Source: Nitrosopumilus sp. (lineage in GTDB: Archaea; Thermoproteota; Nitrososphaeria; Nitrososphaerales; Nitrosopumilaceae). From it: a stretch of 64,000 bases of DNA. The translations under genes were made by a program, and so were the position numbers. The notes below the pieces were generated by a model that saw only the letters and a list, made by a program, of their open reading frames with translations, was not told the origin of the DNA and did not search any database. Below, piece by piece: positions 1 to 10,254 of this stretch. Numbering within the stretch: position 1 is the first letter of the stretch; the number at the start of each line of letters is the position of its first letter. The stretch lies in NCBI GenBank assembly GCA_965214775.1, contig OZ243974.1, positions 1,504,001-1,568,000 of the forward strand, read 5' to 3'.

Positions 1-154
1 GGCGGCGCTACTTCCCGCGACCGTCTACAAGCGGGTCGGCCGCATAGACGATGCACGCGACAAACAGCACCATGGTGAGTCCCACCCATCCCGCAAATCC
101 GTCCCACCGGGATTCTACGTCTATGAACCCGACAGCCCTCCACAGGTTGTACAG

Positions 155-722
155 AGACTGTCGCCTAATTAGATAATTTGGCCTAGCTTTCAATCCCTGC
201 ACATAACGATCAGAACGGGTGTGGATTCTCTAATGACTGAACGTAAGAGGTGCAAGGAATACTACAAGTACTGCCATGCTGCCCACCCCGAGAACCGGGG
301 TTTCTCCTATCCTATACGGTTTCTTTGATCTTGGAGAACCCGTGTCTATCTCAGCAACAGGCCAATTTCGAACCGGGACGGCCTATAGCACACAGCCGCG
401 ACAAGCTTGCATGCCTGCGCATTCTGATGACGTGCCCGGACCTGGCGTACCGCGACACGCTGTGCCTTGCGCACCATCTGAAGCTGCCATGTCGGAACGA
501 CGAGCCGGTGCCAGACCACAGCGCCGTTGGCAAGTTCATGCCAAAGATCCCGAGCAAGTGGCCTGATGAGATGATGTCTGAGACTGCACGCAGATGCCAT
601 GCGGGGTTTGGCACGTCTGCACTAAAAATTGCAGCCGACGACAGCACCGGCGTCGCTACTGACCGATATGACAGGAGGAGGAAGAGGGAGGATTCTCAGG
701 CCGAAGAAAACCAGGCAAAAAG
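155..722 (+). pseudogene. Degraded IS5/IS4-like transposase remnant
   Basis: ORF 250-726 contains PDHS..KF and a DSTG..TDRY DDE-type motif. A left end gactgtcgcctaatt (~156-170) resembles the MITE-B inverted repeat. Truncated by a MITE-A copy at 723. Confidence 0.55.
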
Positions 723-829
723 ATAACACGTCGGGCTCGAAGTGATTTGCAATTTTAGGCACGAATTACATCTACGAAAGTCTCTGGCGGCAAAATTCAT
801 GCCTGAACTTCCAGAGTCCGAGCTGTTAC
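723..829 (-). mobile_element. MITE family A copy, followed by an IS5-D terminal remnant (ttacgcataaagtct, 826-840)
   Basis: Ends ataacacgtcgggctc / cttccagagtccgagctgttac; reverse-complement similarity to 11079-11189. Confidence 0.7.
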
Positions 830-989
830 GCATAAAGTCTATTGGAGTTTCAACATACATACTGTGTATACAACTCTAAGTGAAACGTACCAAAAAACCA
901 TCTGTTTTTACGCGTTCAGGCACGGTTGTGCAACAGTCTGCTTTGATGAAAATAATAAAAGAGAAAAAATGTGCGATTGCACAATTTGT

Positions 990-1553
990 CTATGGAATTG
1001 CTCTGCTGTACAATTTGCCTTCCAAGGCCATCTTGTACATTTCAGCAACATATGGATTCTCGCCTGGAGTTTCTGCACCTAATTCTACGAGTCTGGCATA
1101 TACCCTGACTACGTATGCAAGTGCTCCCATGAATGCAACGACTACACCCATGTTAAACATCCAGTGATTTGGTACTGCAAAGATTTCTTCTACAAACCAA
1201 AAGTGCCACATCTCATTGACTCCAATTGTAAACATGGTTGCCAAGTAACCGAGAATGGTCATTTTCAAACCAGTGTTCATTGAATTATTTGGGCCTCTGA
1301 GAACTGGAACTTTTCTATCATAGATTGCAGCTGCACCCCAACCTAGTGGTAATGCCACAAAGTGGGAGTATAGCCACCAGTGTGCTGGAGTAAATGCACT
1401 ATCTCTGATAGATGTCTGATGTAGAGAACCGTCTACGAAGTTATCTACTTCGACGGATGCTGCAGTACTTCCCATAGCAATAACGATGAGCCAGATCTTC
1501 TTTAGTCTCTGAATCTCAACTTCTTTTGGGATTAATGCGGGCATCTGTGCCAT
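990..1553 (-). CDS. amoC: Ammonia monooxygenase subunit C
   Basis: MAQMPALIPKEVEIQRLKK start; DGSLHQTSIRDSAFTPAHWWLYSHF and NEMWHFWFVEEIFAVPNHW are hallmark archaeal AmoC motifs. Start placed at 1553; upstream in-frame ATGs exist. Confidence 0.97.
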   Translation of the reverse strand: MAQMPALIPKEVEIQRLKKIWLIVIAMGSTAASVEVDNFVDGSLHQTSIRDSAFTPAHWWLYSHFVALPLGWGAAAIYDRKVPVLRGPNNSMNTGLKMTILGYLATMFTIGVNEMWHFWFVEEIFAVPNHWMFNMGVVVAFMGALAYVVRVYARLVELGAETPGENPYVAEMYKMALEGKLYSRAIP

Positions 1554-1782
1554 GTAAGATATCATGTAAATTTGGAATATAAAGTAAGAGATTCTAATTT
1601 GAAATAATTTAGTGAATTTTTTCATGTATTTAATTTCAAAACATGAAAATTTTTGTATTTTAAATGAGAATTTTGAATTAATTTTATTATATTTCTTCCA
1701 TTTTCATTGTATAACATCGATGATTTACATTTGATTTAGCGTCGATCCTCGTAACGAGTCTTCACAGATGTAACCTGACTCA

Positions 1783-1912
1783 GGGGTTGTCGCCTAATTC
1801 ATCAGAATTCCTGAAAACCATTGAGATGCCATGTGGATCAGGCGTACAAAAGGGCAGAAATTCAGAAAAGCGTGCAGATTGAGCCAAACAAGTGGAATTA
1901 GGCGACAACCCC
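1783..1912. mobile_element. MITE family B in the amoC-amoB divergent intergenic region
   Basis: Inverted repeats ggggttgtcgcctaattc / gaattaggcgacaacccc; near-perfect 9-bp TSD cctgactca/catgactca; second copy at 22305-22434. Confidence 0.85.
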
Positions 1913-2074
1913 CATGACTCATGGCAGTGCAGGCGGCGGCATGCGGATCTGCAGGCAGCATAATCTGAACTGTGCCCTAGGTTTTGAACCGTTTTACGGG
2001 GAAAACTTGCAGAAGACTATCGAAGGTAAAACATATAACGACGTGTATTGTCTTTCTGATTATTAGGGATAACT

Positions 2075-2644
2075 ATGGTCGAAAAAAAGATTTTCGTATT
2101 CGGACTAGCTGTCATACTAGCATTAGGAACTTTGGGTTTCAACTGGGTTGAGTCTATTCTTCCGACTGCTGATGCACACGGTGTCCAAGCACAACTTCAG
2201 AGTCGTTTCATCAGAATCGAGGGTGAAACCTTCAACAGACAATCCCTCCAAACTGGCGAAACCTTGACACTTCAAGGAACACTGGTCAGTCTTGTAGAGA
2301 GAGACCTTAGAGGATGGCTATCTATCTTCTCAGAGTCAACTAACGCAGGTAACAGATGGGAGATGTTGGCAAGAGACCCACCAGGAAACGTCTTTGACAT
2401 TCCGGGAAACTCTATGATCGAATACTCACTATCAGCCAAGGCACTTGAAGCAGGTGTATACCACGTGCACACCCAACTCAATGTGGCAAGCGTAGGTCCA
2501 GGACTTGGTCCGGGCCAAACAGTAGTTGTTGAGGGCGAACCAATCATCAAACCAATCCCATATACCAACATTGCATACCAGTCAATCATGATTGGTGTTG
2601 GATATGTCATTACGTTTGCAACACGACCCTGGCAAGTAATCTAA
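2075..2644 (+). CDS. amoB: Ammonia monooxygenase subunit B
   Basis: Signal peptide then ADAHGVQAQLQSRF; YHVHTQLNV copper-site motif; C-terminal TM helix ending RPWQVI. Confidence 0.97.
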   Translation: MVEKKIFVFGLAVILALGTLGFNWVESILPTADAHGVQAQLQSRFIRIEGETFNRQSLQTGETLTLQGTLVSLVERDLRGWLSIFSESTNAGNRWEMLARDPPGNVFDIPGNSMIEYSLSAKALEAGVYHVHTQLNVASVGPGLGPGQTVVVEGEPIIKPIPYTNIAYQSIMIGVGYVITFATRPWQVI

Positions 2645-2739
2645 ACAACCCAACCTTTTCCTTTTCATTTTCTAACCTTCCTTACGCCTAGCGCAAGTAA
2701 CAACCCAAGTCTTATCTTCTAGAAACCAGTACTGAAAAC

Positions 2740-3054
2740 ATGCTGAGCTTTAAAGTAACAAAACTGGATATTTTTCAAAGTTATTTTTTTGGAGAGGTTG
2801 AATTTCGTTCGGATCAATACAAAGTAAACATTCAAAATCAAAGAAGGGGCAAAGTTCTGAAATTACCGTTTGAGATTCAACCAAAAAATGAGAAGGTCAT
2901 AGTTAGAATGACGGGCCCAGGAGATCTATTTGTCGAAGACTATCTTCCATATGTGGGGGAATCAGAATGGCTTGAGATTGACTCTGATGAAATTACGTAT
3001 TTTCTGGCCGATAATCAAGACAGGCTTGACACAATCGAGATCATGTACGACTAG
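2740..3054 (+). CDS. Hypothetical protein downstream of amoB, likely conserved in thaumarchaea
   Basis: 104-aa ORF with host-like codon usage. Confidence 0.7.
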   Translation: MLSFKVTKLDIFQSYFFGEVEFRSDQYKVNIQNQRRGKVLKLPFEIQPKNEKVIVRMTGPGDLFVEDYLPYVGESEWLEIDSDEITYFLADNQDRLDTIEIMYD

Positions 3055-3230
3055 GAGAAAGAACGCAAGTGCGTACAGTTGAAATCCGAACATTTTTTAT
3101 CGGAACAGGCACGATATGTCAAAATCACGGTTCATTTTTTTGACGTATGTGCTATGATCCAGGTACTGAAAGCCGTTTCCGGCAGTGGCTGGTTTTAGGC
3201 ACAGATTCTATTTTGATCGGCATTTGTTGG

Positions 3231-3323
3231 TATAGTGACGATTAAAAGTTTTTGAGCATGCATGGGAATGAACTACGCAGGAATGCGCTTTTTGATGATC
3301 AAAGTCTTTCAATCGTCACCATA
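3231..3323. mobile_element. Small MITE nested in a degenerate MITE-A copy (~3165-3363)
   Basis: Inverted repeats tatagtgacgattaaaag / ctttcaatcgtcaccata; flanks resemble MITE-A halves. Confidence 0.55.
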
Positions 3324-3399
3324 GCCAAACTCATGCCCTAACTTCCATAACTGTTCCTGTTACGAAACAACTTTAAGGAATCTGACTCAGAAAAATCAC

Positions 3400-3921
3400 A
3401 TGATTTGGCCAGGAACCAACGATCCTTACAAAAGGAAGAAGACAATCAAGTTTCTAATTATTACGGCAGTGATTGGAATTTCTGTTGCTGCTGCCAGTTC
3501 GACAATTCAGCAAGTGGCCAATTCAGATAACCCGTTAAAAGTCTGCATAAACGACAGGGAAACTCCTTATAAAATCAAGGCCTCATTAGAATTGATCATT
3601 GATGGTCAAAAGGCAGACATTCCTGCCAACATTGGGATAAATGATGGAGAATGCCAAAGAACAATGTATACGCTTACAGATGACGGTACCATTTATGCCG
3701 AATGGATAGAAGAATATCCGTTTGAAATTGGCCACTTTTTGTGGATGTGGGACTTTCCTCTAAGGGACATGGAACAGGGAAAATCTACGATATACGTTAA
3801 TGGAAAAGAATCACCCCACTTTATCAATCATCCACTTCAAGATGGATATAATTACAAAGCAGTATTTACTTCAAAGGATTACGATACATCCAAAGACAAA
3901 GACTTTTTGCCAGAACAATAA
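3400..3921 (+). CDS. Membrane-anchored hypothetical protein
   Basis: N-terminal TM helix; IPANIGI...C.RTMYT motif typical of a thaumarchaeal family; upstream TATA-like ctttaa. Confidence 0.75.
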   Translation: MIWPGTNDPYKRKKTIKFLIITAVIGISVAAASSTIQQVANSDNPLKVCINDRETPYKIKASLELIIDGQKADIPANIGINDGECQRTMYTLTDDGTIYAEWIEEYPFEIGHFLWMWDFPLRDMEQGKSTIYVNGKESPHFINHPLQDGYNYKAVFTSKDYDTSKDKDFLPEQ

Positions 3922-3968
3922 CTGGTTTCGCACTTGTAAAAACCCAAAAGATTTCACACGGCATGCAA

Positions 3969-4051
3969 GAGTTTACCCTTCAGGCGACACTGCTGACTGG
4001 AGTCCTCATGATCACGCCTGCCACGCCGTATCTCAGGCGAGGGGTAAACTT
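3969..4051. mobile_element. MITE family G
   Basis: Inverted repeats gagtttaccc / ggggtaaact; homologous copies at 35153-35234 and 60605-60690. Confidence 0.8.
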
Positions 4052-4107
4052 TTACCACGACATTGTGCTAAAAATCAGAAATAATGAAAAGAGGAAAGGA
4101 GGTTGTT

Positions 4108-4377
4108 TTACCAGTATTTTCCGTTGTCTGGAATCAGACCAATGCCTTCTCTTTCAAAGTGTCTGTCCAACTCGTCGACCCATCTTTCACGGTTGTCTTT
4201 GTATGCCCATCCGTGAACACGTAACCAGAATGCAATAATTCCTAGAAGGAAGATTGTAAACATCATGGTTCCAAAGATGTAAATCATCACATCATAGAAT
4301 AATGGATCATAGTTTGGTCCTAACTGTCCTGTAAGTGATGACAGGATGCCTAGGAAAGTTCCTATGATAGGAGTCAT
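4108..4377 (-). CDS. Small membrane hypothetical protein
   Basis: 89 aa with two hydrophobic segments; TATA-like sequence upstream. Confidence 0.55.
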   Translation of the reverse strand: MTPIIGTFLGILSSLTGQLGPNYDPLFYDVMIYIFGTMMFTIFLLGIIAFWLRVHGWAYKDNRERWVDELDRHFEREGIGLIPDNGKYW

Positions 4378-4550
4378 GATATTTTGGCTCTATTTGTACG
4401 ATATATACATTTCCTTTGTTCATAAACGGGAAGTTAATGGGGAAGGAAAAGGGTGGTGGCTATGTGCGGATTGGGGGAGGAGGAGGAAGGGGAGTTGGTA
4501 GGCAGTGGCGCTAATGCGTCGCACATTGCCTGCATGAATTTATGATCGCC

Positions 4551-4707
4551 TGAGACAATCCGAAATTCGAAACCGTGCAAATGCCCGGATTTTTTCGTAC
4601 AATACCAAGTAATTTTAGATGACTTGCCTTTTGCGGGCATTTTGATCGATTTATGATGTAAATCTGTTTATACGTGATCCGAATCTGCCCATCTCGAATC
4701 AACTCTC
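4551..4707. mobile_element. Degenerate MITE family C copy
   Basis: Ends atccgaaattcgaaaccg and ctcgaatcaactctc match the ends of the IS at 30322-31480. Confidence 0.6.
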
Positions 4708-4769
4708 AGGATGGTGGTAGAACAGGCAGGCAGGTGTATTATGGCCTAAGCGGCAGGCTTGTTTTGCCA

Positions 4770-6578
4770 TCAAATTGCCATGGTGGATTCGTTGTACTCT
4801 TCTCTGTCTTCAGTTTCTTTTAATGTGTCATCCCCGATATTCCTCAGACTGGAGCCGAATTTTTTCTCTAAGAGATCAAGTGCCTTTTTGTTGTTGGTTG
4901 ATTCGGCCTTGTCGCCTAGAATCTTCCTTATCACGTCGCCCTTGGATGTCAAGACATCAGCTATGTACTCATCAAAGGTGTCGGATCCTATTATATAATG
5001 CGAGAAGACGCGATTTTTCTGTCCTATTCTGTGCAGTCTGTCCTCTGCCTGTGCATGCACTGCAGGCGACCAATCAAGCTCTGCAAATATTACGTATGAT
5101 GCCTCTGTGAGGTTTATTCCGACATTGCCGGCGCGCAGACCGCAGATCATGATGCGCTCATGACTGCTATCTTGAAATGCATCTATTGCCTTTTGTCTTG
5201 CCAAATCAGACTGGCCGCCGATTATCTGCAGCGGATGATGTTCCCACAGTCCGTCTGCAAGGATCTTGTGCACCCTCCTGTGATGGCAGAACACGACGAA
5301 CTTTTCGTCAACATAGTCCTCCAAAAGCCCCTTGATGTATTCGATCACGTACGGTACCTTGGCAAGTCCGGCTATCTGCCGTTCTTCAATCCTCATCTCA
5401 AGCAAAAGGCTGTTGAACTTGGCAAGCTTGCGCTTTTTGTCGATGCCGTCTGCGGCTGCCCCAAGGGCCATTTTTGCCTTTGCTATTTTATTGTACAACT
5501 CTCTTATCTTTTCTTCGTACATCTTTTTGTCAATAGGAATGGTCTGCTGGATTCTGCTCTTCTCAGGAAGGTCGGCCAATACATCTATCTTCCTCCTCCT
5601 TATCATGAGGTTCTTCTGCAGAAACTTGGAGAGTTCGTCCTGCTTGAAGGTGACGGTTCCATAGATGTCGTCTACCTCGTAAAAGTCCTTCTTGAACTGT
5701 TCTTTGTTGCCAAATATACCGGGCTTTAGAATCTCGGCGATCTCATACATCTCCTCGCCATTGTTGTATACCGGGGTTCCAGACAGACCGATCCTATGAA
5801 CCACCGAATCGTGGTTTGCAAGATCAGTACAGGCGTTAATCTTGTACGTATTGGAGTGGCGCAGATTCTGTACCTCGTCAAACACCACGATCTTTGGGTT
5901 TGTGGACAGAATGTTCTTTATGCGCTTGTGAATCAGTTCATAGTTTATGAGGTAAAAGTCTGCATCCTCAAGATCATTATCCTTGCCGGATCGTATCACT
6001 TTTACGTGTGGTACGCGCCTATCCTTGCCTGTGCCCAACATAAGAAACCTCTGTATCTCCCTTTTCCAGTTCTCTAGCGTGACTAGGGGGGAAACTATGA
6101 TTACGGGTATCGATTGTGACCTCTGGGCCACAAATGCTAGGGTCTGAACGGTCTTGCCAAGCCCCATCTCATCGGCTACAAGTGCGTTGCCGTTTGTCCT
6201 CAGCAAAAAGTCCAACCCGTACTTTTGAAACGGCATGAGAACGCCCATAAAGTGTTCAGGATTGGGCGTGATGTGGACAAGACTCGAGACGGTATCTTGC
6301 ATGTGTTTTTTTTCCTCCATGCCCATCAAAAGACCGTACCATCTGTCCTTGCCTGCTATTTGCAGTGGATATTCCCTAAGAACCATGTTTAACATGCGCA
6401 CGTTCTCATTTTTTGCGTCAAACGAAAACGGACTTGTCCTGCATGACGGTATGATCTGTTTTAATATCTTCTTTATGTCGGGCTCTGCATTTATGACTAT
6501 GTTGTAATGTTTGGCGTTGCCATGCAGTGGATTTTTTTGCATGACTTCCATCATGCCATACGATCTGTTCCTTGCCAC
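4770..6578 (-). CDS. SNF2-family (SMARCAL1/HARP-like) helicase/ATPase
   Basis: ADEMGLGKT, DEVQ, LSGTP, QAEDRLHRIGQ motifs. Confidence 0.9.
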   Translation of the reverse strand: MARNRSYGMMEVMQKNPLHGNAKHYNIVINAEPDIKKILKQIIPSCRTSPFSFDAKNENVRMLNMVLREYPLQIAGKDRWYGLLMGMEEKKHMQDTVSSLVHITPNPEHFMGVLMPFQKYGLDFLLRTNGNALVADEMGLGKTVQTLAFVAQRSQSIPVIIVSPLVTLENWKREIQRFLMLGTGKDRRVPHVKVIRSGKDNDLEDADFYLINYELIHKRIKNILSTNPKIVVFDEVQNLRHSNTYKINACTDLANHDSVVHRIGLSGTPVYNNGEEMYEIAEILKPGIFGNKEQFKKDFYEVDDIYGTVTFKQDELSKFLQKNLMIRRRKIDVLADLPEKSRIQQTIPIDKKMYEEKIRELYNKIAKAKMALGAAADGIDKKRKLAKFNSLLLEMRIEERQIAGLAKVPYVIEYIKGLLEDYVDEKFVVFCHHRRVHKILADGLWEHHPLQIIGGQSDLARQKAIDAFQDSSHERIMICGLRAGNVGINLTEASYVIFAELDWSPAVHAQAEDRLHRIGQKNRVFSHYIIGSDTFDEYIADVLTSKGDVIRKILGDKAESTNNKKALDLLEKKFGSSLRNIGDDTLKETEDREEYNESTMAI

Positions 6579-6690
6579 GAAATCAAAAAATCTGTTTGAG
6601 TTTAAAAACCATCATGATGCAATTTTTTTCACAACTTGTCAAGACTGCTGCCAGTACGACCTCGTTTTGTTTTTTGGCACAAAAAATCAT

Positions 6691-7743
6691 TGTGTTATAT
6701 GAAAATTAGGTTCGTTAGTCATTGATGTCCCTCTCCATCCATTTTGGGTCTTTTTTTCTGATCGCTTCTGTAGCCTCCCTTGCCAAAAAGGCCTGCAGTG
6801 GCGTCTCACACTTGTCGATATCCAGTGCAAAGTGCAGCCTGCGCTCGTTATAGTACTCCACGTATGCAGCCAGGCTCTCATAGTGGTGGATTTCCTTCTC
6901 TATGCTGCCGTGCAACCGTTCCAGCTTGCCGTTGGTCTCCGGATGGTACGGCCTGGAGTTTATCAGCCCGATGCCCCGGTCCAGCAGCTCGGCCTCAAAT
7001 GCAGTCGGCTTCCACGTCCCCTTTGGCATGTTCTTCTTGCTACGGCCGCCGTTGAAGCACCTGCCGTTGTCAGACAGTATGGTAGCCGGCGTGCCAAATC
7101 TGTCTATGGCATCCCTGAGTGTTATCACCACGTTTTCTGATGTGGCCTCGGCAAACGTCCGTGCCGCCATGATACATCTGGATGAATCGTCCAAAAACGT
7201 GACTAATTTGAGCCCTCTCAGGCGTGGATCCTTCATATCGTGCCAGTCCACGTGCCACATTGCGTTGGAGTACTTGCGCTCATAGCGTAGCCACTTGCGC
7301 TGTCCAGATCTTGCAGCAGACTTTGAGACCAGCTTGTTCTCACTCATTATCCTGTATACAGAGTTGTAGCTTATATTCAATTCCTCCCTTGCACGCCTGG
7401 CCGTGCGCACCACACCGATGTCCTGCTCGGCGTACAGGCGAAGTACCGTCCGAACCTCATCGCTTGAGGGCGGCGGCGATGCTGGCCTGCCGGGACTCTT
7501 TTGCACGTGTATTACGCCGGTTCTTTCGAACTCGGCGCACAGTCTGCCCACGTACTGGGGCGTCACCTTCAGCTCCTCTGCTATTGCCTTGAGCGTCCTG
7601 CCCTTCTTACGCTGTCTTGTGGCGTATCTTATCTGTCGCTCTGTCAGTGCTTTCTTTTTCATCGTTTTTCTTGATCGGTAAAGGGTAAAGTATTCCTTGG
7701 CTTTTCTCAAAATCTTAGGCGAACCTAATTTCCATATAAGACA
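6691..7743 (-). mobile_element. IS481-family element, copy A
   Basis: Ends tgtgttatatgaaaattagg / cctaatttccatataagaca; 15-bp TSD ggcacaaaaaatcat (6676-6690, 7744-7758). Confidence 0.92.
6715..7662 (-). CDS. IS481-family DDE transposase
   Basis: HTH plus WHVDW, LDDSSR, LSDNG, PETNGKLER integrase-core motifs. Confidence 0.92.
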   Translation of the reverse strand: MKKKALTERQIRYATRQRKKGRTLKAIAEELKVTPQYVGRLCAEFERTGVIHVQKSPGRPASPPPSSDEVRTVLRLYAEQDIGVVRTARRAREELNISYNSVYRIMSENKLVSKSAARSGQRKWLRYERKYSNAMWHVDWHDMKDPRLRGLKLVTFLDDSSRCIMAARTFAEATSENVVITLRDAIDRFGTPATILSDNGRCFNGGRSKKNMPKGTWKPTAFEAELLDRGIGLINSRPYHPETNGKLERLHGSIEKEIHHYESLAAYVEYYNERRLHFALDIDKCETPLQAFLAREATEAIRKKDPKWMERDIND

Positions 7744-8099
7744 GGCACAAAAAATCATGATAGTCAGCCCATTAAATATTGGAATGCTTTTACGGGTGCA
7801 CGTCCTTTTTATCAGACATGGATCGTACGGACGGCTGCTCCGGATCGCCAAGCCCCCTTCTGACTTTTTTTCGTTTTTTACGCATTCAAGTATGATTGGA
7901 TTATCTTTGATCTTTTTTGGCCAAAAATTATTGTCAAAATAATTCTACTTTCTTGTGTATTTTCTATAAATGATCAAAAATGTCCCGTAGTGAGTTTGAA
8001 ACTGCCTGCACTTGTGGCAAGATGGATCTACTGGAAAACAAATTTGGACAATTCCTGCAGAAACAAAAACTTTGTAAATGCCGCTACATAGCACAAAGT

Positions 8100-9800
8100 A
8101 TGAGATATGATCAACCCGGCCTGAAGATGATAGAAAACATGTCCACCATAAAATCATACATGAAAGGGATCCAGTACTATCATGCTGGACGCGTAAACCA
8201 TCTGTCAATCAGCGATGACGTTGTGACAGCAAAGGTGACTGGCACGCGTAAATACTCCGTATCCATAGTAAGAAACTATGAAAATGTCATTCTGAGCTGT
8301 ACGTGCCCATATGATCGTGATGGATGTTGCAAGCACATAGTGGCGGTATTGTTCAGCGTCTATTATCGCACAGGAAATGTTGACATAATAAATAACGCAA
8401 CTCTTGACTACGGACTAAGACAGAGAGGAAAAGGGGGATATGGTGGTGGTGGCAGGAGTATGCAAGACTATAACTCGCCGCATACGACTTTTGACGAGTC
8501 CCCCATGGGTGGCCCCCTGCGGAATTTAGGCATAAACAGGAGTGCGATAACTCACAAGGGATTGGGCGTCAAAAAGGCCGACAAAACAGCCAATGATAAG
8601 ATACCGCCCTCACGCAAGTGCAGGCAGCGTATGGCATATCTGTACAAGAAAGCAAAAGGCAAAAACGGCCACATCTCAAACAAGAACAAGGTCACGTTTT
8701 ACTCAATCGAGGATATGGCAATGAAATACAATGATTATGGCCATCCCGAAAAAGCAATAGAGGTGTACAAGCACATGTGCGAGTATATCTCAGAGAATAT
8801 CGCCATAGTGGACAATATGAAACACTACTATACTGAGCATGTCCGGCGTTCCCTTTTAGATGCCGTTACGATCATACACAGGACTAGGCTCGATCACGCC
8901 AAAAAGCGGGATCACATTAGGTATTTCTTTGAGAGGTACATGCAAGAGCATGTCGGCCATTTTGCATTGATTTATTTTGGTGCGCTCTTGGACATACTAG
9001 ACGGCATAGAGGACGTTCAGTACTGCAAATCGCTTTTCGAATCGCAGATTCTTGACAACAAGCCAGTCGTTGCACCGGACTGCCTGCAGCGGACCCAGAA
9101 CGAGATCCTGGAGGCGACCTTTTCGATACTGGAGAAGATGGAGGACAATAATGACGACATGATGGACTTTCTCTTGACCTATCACGAGCAAAGCGAGAGC
9201 TTGTGCATAAAGTACATTTGGAATCTTGTGGAAAGCGACGTAGATGAAGCACTGCGGATTACCAGAAAGGCGTCCAAGATGTTTAAAAATCCCGAATACT
9301 TTGCGCGGATACAGAGCTTCATAATGGAGCAAAACGGAGATCCAAAACAGGTTGACATTTTGTGTGAGATATTCATTGCGACATCCAACTGGACCTACTA
9401 TGAAAAGATAAAAGACATCTCAGATGACTGGGATGCACAGCTGGAGACGATGCTTGAACACATCAAGAAGAATGGAAATATTCATACCTACATAGACGTG
9501 CTGTTGTATGAAAAAAGAACCGACGATGCCCTCATGGCGGTGCTTGAAAGCTCCAGATTGGATCTGCTTGATGCATACAGCGGGGATCTTGCCAGCATAC
9601 ATCCGGACAAGTATTACGACAAATATGCAGAACAGCTTCCCGTACTGCTCGAGTCGGCTATGACCATGCGCGATTACGAGAACATAAAAAGACACATCGA
9701 TATTATGAGGAGCATACCGAATCACGTCACAAAGAGCAGGGATCTGATCTCGGATCTGAAGACAAGGTACCCACAGTTTGCAGAGCAAATGGAGTCATGA
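8100..9800 (+). CDS. SWIM zinc-finger protein with helical C-terminal region
   Basis: V.GTRKYSV...CTCPY...CCKHIVAVL SWIM motif; start codon uncertain. Confidence 0.85.
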   Translation: MRYDQPGLKMIENMSTIKSYMKGIQYYHAGRVNHLSISDDVVTAKVTGTRKYSVSIVRNYENVILSCTCPYDRDGCCKHIVAVLFSVYYRTGNVDIINNATLDYGLRQRGKGGYGGGGRSMQDYNSPHTTFDESPMGGPLRNLGINRSAITHKGLGVKKADKTANDKIPPSRKCRQRMAYLYKKAKGKNGHISNKNKVTFYSIEDMAMKYNDYGHPEKAIEVYKHMCEYISENIAIVDNMKHYYTEHVRRSLLDAVTIIHRTRLDHAKKRDHIRYFFERYMQEHVGHFALIYFGALLDILDGIEDVQYCKSLFESQILDNKPVVAPDCLQRTQNEILEATFSILEKMEDNNDDMMDFLLTYHEQSESLCIKYIWNLVESDVDEALRITRKASKMFKNPEYFARIQSFIMEQNGDPKQVDILCEIFIATSNWTYYEKIKDISDDWDAQLETMLEHIKKNGNIHTYIDVLLYEKRTDDALMAVLESSRLDLLDAYSGDLASIHPDKYYDKYAEQLPVLLESAMTMRDYENIKRHIDIMRSIPNHVTKSRDLISDLKTRYPQFAEQMES

Positions 9801-9938
9801 CTGGCGTCGTGTTGCTGGTATTGGATTAGACTCGTGTGTTGTTGAGAGATGATCCGAAATTACAAACCGAGAACCCGTCTGCTGCTGATCTTCATCATGT
9901 TGCAGAAGCGATTCTGACCGGCGCCCTTTCATGTTGAC

Positions 9939-10021
9939 TATAGCAACGAGCAGAAATAATTGAGGTTTTTTACGTGTAGTTGTGACCTATTTTGACTCAA
10001 AGACTTCTGCCCGTTGCTATA
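9939..10021. mobile_element. MITE family H (TA-flanked)
   Basis: Inverted repeats tagcaacgagcagaa / ttctgcccgttgcta; near-identical copy at 15602-15684. Confidence 0.85.
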
Positions 10022-10039
10022 ACCCGCCCTCTCTATGCT

Positions 10040-10112
10040 GTCTGTTGACAAGGTCATATGCTTTTTGAGTGGGTTCTGGTACCTGTCGCCCATGATTCTG
10101 TATGTCTTGAAT
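10040..10112 (-). pseudogene. Fragment of the IS5-family transposase found at 30381-31391
   Basis: KTYRIMGDRYQNPLKK closely matches KTYRIMGDRYRNPLKK; matching IS end gagagatgatccgaaatt at ~9844. Confidence 0.7.
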
Positions 10113-10254
10113 AACATCCCGGGCCCTAGAAGTTCAGGCATGTGTTTTGCTATAATGAATGCCGATCAAAATGGAATCTACAGCTAAAATCATCAGAAGC
10201 GGCTTTCAGACACGAGCCGTTGAATTTTATTATCTAGGCCCTTTGGCATCAACG

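Noticed and set aside
1-150. GC-rich fragment at the window start
   Set aside because: No recognisable ORF or motif in the visible part.
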